Below, piece by piece: positions 47,136 to 55,955 of a stretch of 64,000 nt of DNA. Every line of letters starts with the position of its first letter. Position 1 is the first letter of the stretch. Under the pieces are notes generated by a model. The model did no database searches and was not told where the DNA came from. It was given only the letters and a program-made list of their open reading frames with translations. The translations under genes were made by a program, and so were the position numbers. The stretch comes from Chloroflexota bacterium. GTDB taxonomy: Bacteria; Chloroflexota; UBA11872; VXNJ01. The DNA is taken from assembly GCA_030744875.1 (NCBI GenBank), contig JASLPR010000041.1, positions 35,816 to 99,815 of the forward strand, written 5' to 3'.

Positions 47136-48413
47136 TCAGGTGGAGGTAGCGAGGGCCCGGACGCGAGAGGGTAACCAGGCAAGAGCGGAGAGGGCGCTGA
47201 GGACGGGGAAGGCGGCGATGAAGAGGAAGAGGCCGGTGATGCCGATGGCGTCGGCGACGACCCCCGCGACGGCGGGCCCGGCGAACATGCCGATGGCGTA
47301 GACGGACTGGAAAACGCCCATGGCGGAGGCGCGTTCGTACTCCGGGACTTCTCGGATAGATATGCCCATGAGCACGGGGAACACCATGCCGCGGGCGAAG
47401 CTGTTGACGGCGAGCAGGAGCAGGAGAACGGGGACGGTGTCGATGGCGGGAAGGACGAGGATGGTAACCGTAGTGAAGAGGGAACCGGCGATGACGAAGG
47501 CGCGCTCACCGAAGCGGCGCCCGCCAACCGCAGAGAGGAGGGCAGCAAGGCCGTAGGTGACGTAGCTGATGGTGGTGAGCGTGCCGAGGTCGGTCTTGGT
47601 AGCGCCCAGTGTGTGGGCAAAAATGGGGATGAAACTGATATTGAGGCCGAAGGTGACGAACTGCGAAAGGGCGCCGATGCCGGACGAGGTGATGAGGCTG
47701 CGGATTCCGAGGACACCGCGAAAACGGCGGATGGTCATGGGACGGCGGACGGGGGCGGCGCGCTCGCCGGCCAGGAGCATGGCCGCGAAACCGACGGCGG
47801 CGATGACGGCGGCGGACCAGAATGTGAACGGGACGCCGAATTGCTCGGCAAGGATGCCTCCGGCCATACTGATGACTACCTGCGACAGGGCGGTCATGAA
47901 GACGAGGAGGCCGGTGGCGCGGGTGGTCTGGTCGGGCTGGAAGAAGCCGGCGAAGTAGACGGCGGAGGTCACAAACGACGCCGCGCCGATGCCGTGGAAG
48001 CCGCGCCACACGATGAGCAGGAATGGGGTGGGGAAGAGGGCCATGCCAACCGCGCCGACAAGATTGGCGAGGAGGCCGATGAGGATGAAGGGTAGGCGGG
48101 AACCCCGTTTGTCGGAGAGGTAGCCGATGGGGATACGAAGGGCGAACTGGACGAATCCGTAGGAGGCGATGATGAGGCCGACCATGGTGAGGGAGGCGCC
48201 GAGCCCTTCGGCGTAGACGGGGAACGTGGGCATGTAGATGTAGAGGGAAGCCCAGAAGCAGAAGAAGGCGAGACAGAAGCCGACCCACTGGCGCCATCCG
48301 GGGGCCGGCGGGGTGGCTGAATTGGGGGTGATCTGAGTCCGGGTGCTCAAGTTCGTGGGGCGCCGCCGGGACGCACCAGGCGGGACCGCGGGACCGGGAG
48401 GGGTCGCGGACAA
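47136..48413 (-). CDS. MFS transporter
   Basis: 425 aa with 12 TM-like segments. It sits immediately upstream of, and co-directional with, the HTH/zinc-ribbon gene. Confidence 0.8.
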   Translation of the reverse strand: MSATPPGPAVPPGASRRRPTNLSTRTQITPNSATPPAPGWRQWVGFCLAFFCFWASLYIYMPTFPVYAEGLGASLTMVGLIIASYGFVQFALRIPIGYLSDKRGSRLPFILIGLLANLVGAVGMALFPTPFLLIVWRGFHGIGAASFVTSAVYFAGFFQPDQTTRATGLLVFMTALSQVVISMAGGILAEQFGVPFTFWSAAVIAAVGFAAMLLAGERAAPVRRPMTIRRFRGVLGIRSLITSSGIGALSQFVTFGLNISFIPIFAHTLGATKTDLGTLTTISYVTYGLAALLSAVGGRRFGERAFVIAGSLFTTVTILVLPAIDTVPVLLLLLAVNSFARGMVFPVLMGISIREVPEYERASAMGVFQSVYAIGMFAGPAVAGVVADAIGITGLFLFIAAFPVLSALSALAWLPSRVRALATST

Positions 48414-48449
48414 GGTCGTCGGAGCGGCGGAAGGAGCAGGGGAGCCCGC

Positions 48450-49415
48450 CTAGTACCCGGCGGCAGCGTTGACGACGTTGGCGAGCGGCTCGCCGGCGTG
48501 GAAACGGGCCAAGTTGTCAAGGAAGATGCGGGTGAAGCGTTCGCGGACGCGCGGGGAATACCCGGAGGTGTGGGGGGTGATGATCACGTTGGGCATCTTC
48601 CAGAGGGGGGATTCGGGAGGCAGCGGTTCGGGATCGGTGACGTCGAGCCCGGCGCCGGCGATGGCACCCGACTGGAGTGCGGAGATCAGAGCTTCCTGGT
48701 CGACCGTACCGCCGCGGCCGGCATTAAAGAAATAGGCGCTGTCGCGCATGGCGGCGAATTCGGGCGCGCCGATCATGTGACGGGTGTTGGGGGTAAGGGG
48801 AAGGGTGTCGACAACGAAGTCGGACCGGGACAGCAGTTCGGGGAGTTGGGCAGGGAGGAAAATCTCGTCGACATAGGCGGGCTTGGCGGTGGGGCGGTTG
48901 CGGACGGCGAGGATGTCGAGGCCGAAGGCGCGGGCCTTGACGGCGACGGCGTCGCCGAGATCGCCGAGGCCGATGACGCCGATGGTCTTGCCTTCGAGTT
49001 CAAACGAGCCCCGGGCGATGGTGTCATAGTCCCAGTCGGCATCGAACTGGGCGCGGTAGGCGGTGGGGAGGTTGCGAGCGAAGGCGAGCAGCATGGCGAG
49101 GATGTGCTCGGAGATCTGTGGGGCATGGGCGCCGCTCGCATTGGTGATGACGATGTCGCTGTTGATGAGGGCCGGGCTGACTAACTTCTCGACGCCGGCG
49201 GAGATTGTTTGGATCCAGCGCAGGGAGCTGGCGAGTGGCACGAGGTCGGGGTTGAGGCGCAGACCGAGGAGGATGTCGGCCCCGGGGAGCGCCTGAGCGA
49301 GAGCCTCGTCGTCGGTCGCGGTGATTATTTCCAGGTCTTCACCGGGCAGGGCAGACCGGATGGTCTCAATGAGGCCGGGCTGCGGGTCGAAACCAACGAT
49401 GATCTTATGGCCCAT
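48450..49415 (-). CDS. D-isomer-specific 2-hydroxyacid dehydrogenase family (PGDH/GHPR-like)
   Basis: ATG at 49413-49415 after GGGGGA. NAD-binding GVIGLGDLGDAVA, and the catalytic R...E...H framework (ITPHTSG). Confidence 0.85.
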   Translation of the reverse strand: MGHKIIVGFDPQPGLIETIRSALPGEDLEIITATDDEALAQALPGADILLGLRLNPDLVPLASSLRWIQTISAGVEKLVSPALINSDIVITNASGAHAPQISEHILAMLLAFARNLPTAYRAQFDADWDYDTIARGSFELEGKTIGVIGLGDLGDAVAVKARAFGLDILAVRNRPTAKPAYVDEIFLPAQLPELLSRSDFVVDTLPLTPNTRHMIGAPEFAAMRDSAYFFNAGRGGTVDQEALISALQSGAIAGAGLDVTDPEPLPPESPLWKMPNVIITPHTSGYSPRVRERFTRIFLDNLARFHAGEPLANVVNAAAGY

Positions 49416-49496
49416 CGATATATCCCCCAAGCTGAGATGGGTAACGGGGAAAGGGTAACCGGGCGGGAGCCGGAGAAGAAACCCGCGAGGAGGCGG

Positions 49497-49919
49497 TCAG
49501 GGGCCGGATGGGGCAGGGATTTGCAGGACCTGGCCGATGCTGAGGAAGTCGGGGTCGGCAAGGTCGTTGGCGGCCAGAATGTCATCGACGCCCACGCCGT
49601 GGCGGTCGGCGATTGTGGAAAGGATGTCCCCTTCTTGGACGACGTAGGTGATGTCGAGCGGGACCGGGGTGGGAGTGGGACGCGGGGTCGGCGACGGCGT
49701 GTTGCCGGGGATCGGAGTCAGCTCGATCCTTTCGAGCGCCTTCTCGAGGGTGTCGTCACCGGGGACGACGATCGTGGCGTCGGGGGACTGGATGGTGTTG
49801 ACCTCAATATCACGGGGACGGAGCAGGAAATACCAGGCCAGGAACATGAGGAGCGCGATGAGCACGAGCCCGACGAAGAACTCGCTGCCGCTGGTTGAGG
49901 ATTTCTTGCGGTCGTGCAA
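49497..49919 (-). CDS. LysM-domain protein with an N-terminal TM anchor and a Pro/Thr linker
   Basis: C-terminal LysM YVVQEGDILSTIADRHGVGVDDILAANDL...IGQVLQIP. TM segment FFVGLVLIALLMFLAWYF. Confidence 0.8.
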   Translation of the reverse strand: MHDRKKSSTSGSEFFVGLVLIALLMFLAWYFLLRPRDIEVNTIQSPDATIVVPGDDTLEKALERIELTPIPGNTPSPTPRPTPTPVPLDITYVVQEGDILSTIADRHGVGVDDILAANDLADPDFLSIGQVLQIPAPSGP

Positions 49920-49993
49920 AGAGGGGTCTCGCAGACGCGGGCTTGGAACGAAGGGTCGGGTGGCCGGGGACGGGGCGAGGATGCGACGCTAAT

Positions 49994-51160
49994 TTAGCCC
50001 CCGGCGGCAAGTCTCTCAATGTTTTGGAAGGCGCGGTCGATTTCTTCTTCGGTGTTGTAGAAGTGAGGGGAGAAGCGGACGCCGTCTCCGGTGTTGGAGG
50101 AGAGCCAGGTGCCAGCGGACGCCTGGAGCTCTTTGGTCAACTCGCGGCCGTCAACTTCAGGGATGGTGAATGAAACTAAGGCGGAGCCGCGTTCCCAATC
50201 GGGCGGGCTGGTGAGGTGCCAGTTGCGCTCGGCGATACGCCGTCGGATGCCGGCGGCGAGGGCCTGGAGCCGCGCTTCGATGGCGGCCGGGCCGATGGCC
50301 TCAAAGGCGCGGACGGTGTCGCCGATGGTGGCGGCGACACCGAAGCTGCGGGTGCCGTATTCGAAGCGGTCGGCCTTGCTGGTCAGAACAACTCCCCCGA
50401 TGCGGTCCCAGGTTTCGTTGCTGCCTGGTCCCACATGGGCCTGGTCGAGCAGGTGGAGGCGATCGCGGCGGCAATAGAAGACACCGGTGCCGTTGGGGCC
50501 GCAGAGCCATTTATGGCAGTTAGCGGCGTAGAAATCGACATCCAGGGCGTGGAAATCGACGGAGAATTGGCCGATGGACTGGGCGCCGTCGAGGAGGACC
50601 ACAAGGCCGGCGGAACGGGCGAGGGCGCAGATTTCGGCTGCCGGGACCCGGACGCCGTGGTGACGCTCGACGTGGCTGAGGGCGATCATGCGCGTGCGGG
50701 ACGTGATGCCGTCCTGAATGTTCTGGAGTGTTTCAGCGGGGTCGTGGCTGACCTCGAACCAGCGCAGACGGACGCGGCCGCGATCCTGTTGATAGGACCA
50801 GGGGAGGTTCATTGAGGGGTGCTCGGCGAGCGAGATGAGGACTTCGTCGTCAGGCTGGAAACGGAAGGAAGAGGCGACCCAGTTGACGGCCTCGGTGGCG
50901 TTGATCGCGAAGCCGATCTCGTCGGCGTCGGCGCCGAGGAAGGTGGCAAGGACTTCGCGGGAGGCCTCGATCTTTTCCTTCTGAGGCTCGTAACCGCGGT
51001 GCCCGTGACGCTCGGCGAAACGGGTGTTTTCGAGCAGAGCGTCGACGATCGGTTCGGCGACGATACCGGAGGTGCCGGTGTTGAGGTAGGTCATGTCGGC
51101 GAGGGCGGGACGTTCACGACGGGCGAGGTCGACATCGATGGAGTTGGTACCGGCGGACAA
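49994..51160 (-). CDS. Class V (NifS/SufS/CsdA-like) PLP-dependent aminotransferase / cysteine desulfurase-fold enzyme
   Basis: PLP-Lys context ANCHKWLCGPNGTG. 388 aa. Confidence 0.8.
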   Translation of the reverse strand: MSAGTNSIDVDLARRERPALADMTYLNTGTSGIVAEPIVDALLENTRFAERHGHRGYEPQKEKIEASREVLATFLGADADEIGFAINATEAVNWVASSFRFQPDDEVLISLAEHPSMNLPWSYQQDRGRVRLRWFEVSHDPAETLQNIQDGITSRTRMIALSHVERHHGVRVPAAEICALARSAGLVVLLDGAQSIGQFSVDFHALDVDFYAANCHKWLCGPNGTGVFYCRRDRLHLLDQAHVGPGSNETWDRIGGVVLTSKADRFEYGTRSFGVAATIGDTVRAFEAIGPAAIEARLQALAAGIRRRIAERNWHLTSPPDWERGSALVSFTIPEVDGRELTKELQASAGTWLSSNTGDGVRFSPHFYNTEEEIDRAFQNIERLAAGG

Positions 51161-51226
51161 ACTGGACCTCCGTGGGATGCGTGAACGCGGTCGGGTTCCC
51201 GGATTATACGGCGGGTCGGGGAGCGG

Positions 51227-52402
51227 TCAGGGGCGGGCCGGGCGGACGAAGTGGATGCTGAGTGAGTCTTCCCGCAGGCGGGCGCTGGTGTGCTGGAACT
51301 GCATCATGGAGCGCGGGAGGACGATGTGGCGCTTCAGGGCGCCCATGCGAACGACGATTTCGTCAGCGTTGCGGATGAGATCGATGTCGGCCTTGTCAAT
51401 GGCCGGGGCGGGGATGATGAGATCGCAACCGTCGTCCGTCTGCTCGATGTGAAAGGCGCGGCCGTGGTGCAGGAAATCGGTGGGGTCGCGGTCGCCGAAA
51501 AGGGCGTCGGCCATGTGCTCGAGCATCGGGGCGCCGACGACTTCGGCGGGAAAGAGCGGGATTTCGAGGATGGGGATCGGAGAGAAGATGTCATGGACGG
51601 TCTGGAGGTGTTCGCTCTGGAGGTTTCGCCAACTATACAGGAACGGGTCTTCGACCTCGGGAGGGATGACCCGGTTGACGACGATGGCGTCGGCGGAGTG
51701 GTCGTAGAGGGAGAGATAAGTGAAATTGCGCTGGGACTCCTTAATGACCATCTTTTCAAGGTTGAGAACCATGCGCACGGAGGAGAGTTCGCGGTCGGAG
51801 AGGAGGGCCTGGAGGTTGTCGAGATGGCCGACGAGATCGTCAACGGCGTCGAAGACGGCGTCCTCGGGCACCGGCATCTTGGTGACGGCGCGCATGAGCG
51901 GACGGGCGACGCGGGTGAGGGTGCGCTCGATGGGGAGGAGCTTGTCGATCCACCAGCGCGCGACATCGGGGAAGGAGAGCAGGCGAAAGGTCTCGGCCGA
52001 CGGGGCGCAGTCGACGATGATTACGTCGAATTTGCCTTCGTCGTGGTGCTGGTTGATCCAGAGCAGGTTGGCAAGTTCCTCCATTCCGGGGAGGACGGCG
52101 ATCTCTTCGGCGACCATCGAATCGACGCCCTGCCACTGAAGAAGCGATTGGATCCATTTCTGGACCGTGCCCCAGTGGCGGTCGAGGTTGTAGGAGATGT
52201 CGCACTCCTGGCCCCAGAGGTTGTTGACGATGGGGGTCGGCTCGGGACCCAATTTGAGGTCGAAACTGTCGCCGAGGCTGTGGGCGGAGTCGGTGCTGAG
52301 GACGATGGTGCGGTAGCCGAGGCTGGCGCAACGGAGCGCGGAGGCGGCGGCGACGCTGGTCTTGCCGACGCCGCCTTTGCCGGTGTAAAGGAGGATGCGC
52401 AA
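51227..52402 (-). CDS. Half-size ArsA/Get3-family P-loop ATPase
   Basis: LYTGKGGVGKTSVAAASA deviant Walker A. DCAPSAETFRLLSFP aligns with the ArsA/Get3 DTAPTGHTLRLL motif. 391 aa, a single ATPase unit. Confidence 0.8.
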   Translation of the reverse strand: MRILLYTGKGGVGKTSVAAASALRCASLGYRTIVLSTDSAHSLGDSFDLKLGPEPTPIVNNLWGQECDISYNLDRHWGTVQKWIQSLLQWQGVDSMVAEEIAVLPGMEELANLLWINQHHDEGKFDVIIVDCAPSAETFRLLSFPDVARWWIDKLLPIERTLTRVARPLMRAVTKMPVPEDAVFDAVDDLVGHLDNLQALLSDRELSSVRMVLNLEKMVIKESQRNFTYLSLYDHSADAIVVNRVIPPEVEDPFLYSWRNLQSEHLQTVHDIFSPIPILEIPLFPAEVVGAPMLEHMADALFGDRDPTDFLHHGRAFHIEQTDDGCDLIIPAPAIDKADIDLIRNADEIVVRMGALKRHIVLPRSMMQFQHTSARLREDSLSIHFVRPARP

Positions 52403-52449
52403 AGTGGGTTATCTCCTGCGGAGGGACGCCCCGATTTTACCGGTCGCGG

Positions 52450-54732
52450 TCAGGCGGCAGGAGGTGGGGGGAGGACGGGGAGGCCGGGGACGAGGGTGGT
52501 GGCGGGGGCGGGGATGAGGCCGCCGGTCGCGGCGATGGACCCGCTGTTGACGATGGTGACTACGCCGGCGGCGGCCCACGGGGTGTCTATTTTCCAGTGC
52601 TGGAAGACGGCGCGCTCGGTGCGCAGGACCGAGACGGTGGCGTCAGCAGACCAGCCGACCGGAAGGCCGTAGAAACCGCCCCAGTCGGACTCTGCGAAGA
52701 ACACGTCGCGGATGGCGGCGTCGTTGTCGACCAGATTCATGCGCGGCCCGCCGGGGTCGGGCAGCGGGATGCCGTTGGTGGCCTGGAGCCAGCCATCAAG
52801 CCCGCCGGCGGACAGGAGGTTGAAGATTGGTGCGATGACCACCCGGCCGAGGATGGGATCCCACTGAAGGATGAACTTCTGGGCGGCCTGGGCGATGAGG
52901 CCACCGAGAACGAAGCGGCCGGAGACAGCGGGGCCGAGCCGATCACGCCCACCGAGATCGCGATAGCCGTCCCACATGCCGATGGCCGCGGAGTTGGATA
53001 CCCAGAAGCCGCTGCCGCCGGCGAGGTCGTGAAAGCCGGCGTAGGCAGTGTGCCAGGCCGTGGTGAGATCGTTGGCGGCGGCGCGCAGGACGGCGACAAC
53101 GTGGGCGCCGGCGGGGACGGAGACCGGGAGGCTGGCGGAGTCGTTGAGGCGGCGGAGGACACCGGCGCCGGCCGGGACGTCGTCAAGGAGGGTGAGGACA
53201 TTTTCCCAGGAGTAGGGCACGTTTAGGCTGACGGCGCCGGCGGCGTTGCTGTTGACCGTGGTCGCGACCCAGTCGGCGCCCCCGGTCTGGTTGACGCTGA
53301 GGCTGGTGCCCGTGGGCTGGTGGGTGAGATCGATGGCGCCGGTTTGGGGGGCGAGGTGGCTGTTGACGGTGTAGCCGTCGGAGGTGATTTCGACGCCGAA
53401 CAGGCCGCGGGTGACGGCCAGGCCCATGGCGGCGGCGGCGCCGCCGAAGTCGAGACTGCCCTGGTCGGAGCCGGTGGCGTGGTGGAACCATTCGGCGATC
53501 TGACCGGTGCGCTGCCAGTGGCGAGCGGTGGCGACGAGGTGGTCGAAGGCGATGGCCGATCCGCCGCGGGTGAACTCGCCAATAACCTGCGGGCCGGCCC
53601 ACCAGTCCCAAACGCCGCCGTTCTGGTACTCGCCGGATTCCATGTTGGGATGGTTGAAGACGCCGGTGGGGTAGGGGGGCCAGAGGGTGAGGCCGGGCCG
53701 GTTGATGCCGGATTGAAAGGCGGTGTTAAGGGTGTTGTTGAAGATTTGGAGGGCCTGCTCGTCGCTGGCCAACCCGGCGTCGACGGCAATGTGATTGCCG
53801 AGAGTGAAGATGTTGTCGGTGTCGACCGGGATGGAGACCGGGGAGAGGTTCTTGTGGATGCGATAGCGGCCGCGGCCGGGGTCCCAGAGGTGGAAGTTGG
53901 TGGCGTCGCGCAGGACGCGGGCGCTGTCGCCGTGGATGCCGGCGGCCTCCGGCGAGCCGGCGGCGGCGTTCATCTGCTGGAGCTCAATGAAGGCGCGGTA
54001 GGTGAGGGCCTGGTCGAAGATGCCGGCGATGACGGCATCGCCGGGGATGAAGTCGGTCGGGTTGGTTCCGCCTTCGAGTTTTACGTCGCCCCAGTCGGTG
54101 GTGTGGGCCCGCCAGATGAGCCCGGTGTCGGCGTCGCGGCGCTGGCGTTGCAGATAGGACATGGCCTCGTTAAGGCGCGTGATAATGGTCTTGCCGGATA
54201 CGAGCGAGGTGAGCCAGGCGGCCCCGCCGGCGGCCCGGAAATAGATGTAGGCGGCGTGGATGAGGCTGGTTTCTTCATCCGAAACGACGGTGGCTTTGTC
54301 AATCGCACCGCCGGCGGAGATGGTGGCCGCGACCGCGCCGCGAAATGGAGGGTCGGCGGCGAGGAACTCCTGGGTGAGGAGCAGCTCTTCGACGGGAGTG
54401 CGGAGAAAATCGGTGGGGAAGAGATGGGCGGCGAACTCGGCGACGGTGGCGAAGTCACGCGCGAAGATGGCCGGGTAGAGGACACCGGCGTCGAATCCGT
54501 AGACCTGGCCGAGACGGCCGGGGAAGCTGGTGGCGACGGCGCCGAGGACGCGACGGATGAGGGGGGCCATGGCGTCAATCTCGGGGAATCCATCGACGCT
54601 CCAGGAGATGTCGGCGGGGACAAGCGTGTCGGGGGCCGGGGTCTCAGCGCCAACGGCAATGCCGGGCAGACCGGCACTGACCAGGCCAGCGAGCCCGCCA
54701 CCCAAGACTAGGCGGCGGGAAAGGCGCGGCAT
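52450..54732 (-). CDS. Secreted (Tat signal) six-hairpin/(alpha/alpha)6-barrel glycosidase-like protein
   Basis: Twin-arginine MPRLSRRLVLGGGLAGLVSAG start. GEYQNGGVWDWWAG resembles the GDE_C/six-hairpin glycosidase YxNGxVWPW motif. 760 aa. Confidence 0.6.
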   Translation of the reverse strand: MPRLSRRLVLGGGLAGLVSAGLPGIAVGAETPAPDTLVPADISWSVDGFPEIDAMAPLIRRVLGAVATSFPGRLGQVYGFDAGVLYPAIFARDFATVAEFAAHLFPTDFLRTPVEELLLTQEFLAADPPFRGAVAATISAGGAIDKATVVSDEETSLIHAAYIYFRAAGGAAWLTSLVSGKTIITRLNEAMSYLQRQRRDADTGLIWRAHTTDWGDVKLEGGTNPTDFIPGDAVIAGIFDQALTYRAFIELQQMNAAAGSPEAAGIHGDSARVLRDATNFHLWDPGRGRYRIHKNLSPVSIPVDTDNIFTLGNHIAVDAGLASDEQALQIFNNTLNTAFQSGINRPGLTLWPPYPTGVFNHPNMESGEYQNGGVWDWWAGPQVIGEFTRGGSAIAFDHLVATARHWQRTGQIAEWFHHATGSDQGSLDFGGAAAAMGLAVTRGLFGVEITSDGYTVNSHLAPQTGAIDLTHQPTGTSLSVNQTGGADWVATTVNSNAAGAVSLNVPYSWENVLTLLDDVPAGAGVLRRLNDSASLPVSVPAGAHVVAVLRAAANDLTTAWHTAYAGFHDLAGGSGFWVSNSAAIGMWDGYRDLGGRDRLGPAVSGRFVLGGLIAQAAQKFILQWDPILGRVVIAPIFNLLSAGGLDGWLQATNGIPLPDPGGPRMNLVDNDAAIRDVFFAESDWGGFYGLPVGWSADATVSVLRTERAVFQHWKIDTPWAAAGVVTIVNSGSIAATGGLIPAPATTLVPGLPVLPPPPAA

Positions 54733-54835
54733 GGAGTGGCGGGGTGGGGGGTGGGGGTCTGTGTGAACATCCGCCTATTGTAATGATTATTGAGGGAGCG
54801 CCGTGACGAGGAATGCGGAGCCGGCGATGGAGGAT

Positions 54836-55894
54836 TCAGCCGGCCCTGACGATCAGCGGGGCGGCGGCGGAGGTAACGACGCGGCCGATGACCACGGCGC
54901 AGGGGGCGCCTTCACGCTCGATGGCGGTGATGAGTTGATCGGCGTGGTCGGCGGGGACGCTGATGACGAGACCGCCGGAGGTCTGCGCGTCGGCGAGGAG
55001 AAACCGGGCGGACTCGGGGAAGTCGACGGGCCAGGCGACTTCGGGGGAGACAGCGACGAGATTGCGTTCGGTGCCGCCAGGGACGATCTCGCGGGCGATG
55101 TAGTCGTGAACGCCGGGCAGCACGGGGAGGCTCGGGTAGTCGATTTCGAGGCTGACGGCGGATTCGCGGGCGATGTTGAGCAGGTGGCCGAGGAGCCCAA
55201 AACCGGTGATGTCGGTGCTGGCGTTGGCGCCCATGGCGGCCATGGCAGCGGCGGCGCCACGATTCAGGGCGACCATGGAGTCGACGGCGGTGCGAGCGTG
55301 GGCGGGATCGGCGTGGCCCTGTTTGATGGCCGTGCCGATGATGCCGGTGCCGAGCGGCTTGGTGAGGACCAGCAAGTCGCCGACCGCGGCGCCGGCATTG
55401 GTAAAGATGCGGTCGGGATGGACGCGACCGGTGACGGCGAGGCCGAATTTGGGTTCGGGATCATCAATGGTGTGGCCACCGATGACGGCGACGCCGGCCG
55501 CTTCGCAGATGGCGTGTCCGCCACGGAGGATGTCGGTGAGGACGGAGAGTGGAAGGGCGTCGCGGGGGAAACAGGCAAGGTTGAGAGCGGCGAAGGGGTC
55601 GGCGCCCATCGCGTAGACGTCGCTGAGAGCGTTGGCGGCGGCGATGCGGCCGAAGTCAAAGGGGTCGTCGACGATGGGGGTGAAGAAGTCCGTGGTCATG
55701 ACCAGGGCCATCTCGTCGTCGATGCGGTACACGGCGGCATCGTCACCACCGGCGGCCCCGACGAGGACGTTGGGATCGGTGGTGGGAGGGAGGGCGCGCA
55801 GAACCTGCGCAAGCTGGCTCGGGGAGAGCTTGCAGCCTCAGCCGGCTCCGTGGGAAAAGTGCGTCAGACGCGGGGTGCTGGGTTCGGATTCCAT
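54836..55894 (-). CDS. selD: Selenide,water dikinase (selenophosphate synthetase) with an in-frame UGA (Sec) codon at the conserved active-site Cys/Sec position
   Basis: Minus-strand ATG at 55892-55894, giving MESEPSTPRLTHFSHGAG-[TGA at 55838-55840]-GCKLSPSQLAQVLRALPPTTDPNVLVGAAGGDDAAVYRIDD...TTDFFTPIVDDPFDFGRIAAANALSDVYAMGADP. This is collinear with E. coli SelD [20 protein letters not shown], where the first Cys of that motif is Sec in many bacteria. Confidence 0.8.
55796..55837 (-). promoter_or_regulatory. Candidate SECIS element: two stem-loops starting 5 nt and 28 nt 3' of the selD UGA
   Basis: mRNA sense: UGA-GGCU-GCAAGC-ucuccccgagcca-GCUUGC-GCGCAG-guu-CUGCGC. One 6/7-bp stem closes a 13-nt loop, and an adjacent 6-bp stem carries a GUU apical loop. 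Confidence 0.45.
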
Positions 55895-55955
55895 AGTCCA
55901 GATGTTCTTCCGGGGCGGGCCGCGCCGTCAAACGCGCGTTGCGGTGGGCGGGGGG

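Noticed and set aside
14840-52402. ACR3 plus the ArsA-like ATPase as parts of one ars operon
   Set aside because: They are 36 kb apart and on opposite strands. The ATPase is a half-size Get3-like form, and no arsR, arsC or arsD is nearby.
54836-55894. Calling selD a pseudogene split by a nonsense codon
   Set aside because: The stop is a TGA located precisely at the Sec/Cys position of the SelD glycine-rich loop, with hairpins immediately 3'. Sec decoding is the simpler explanation.
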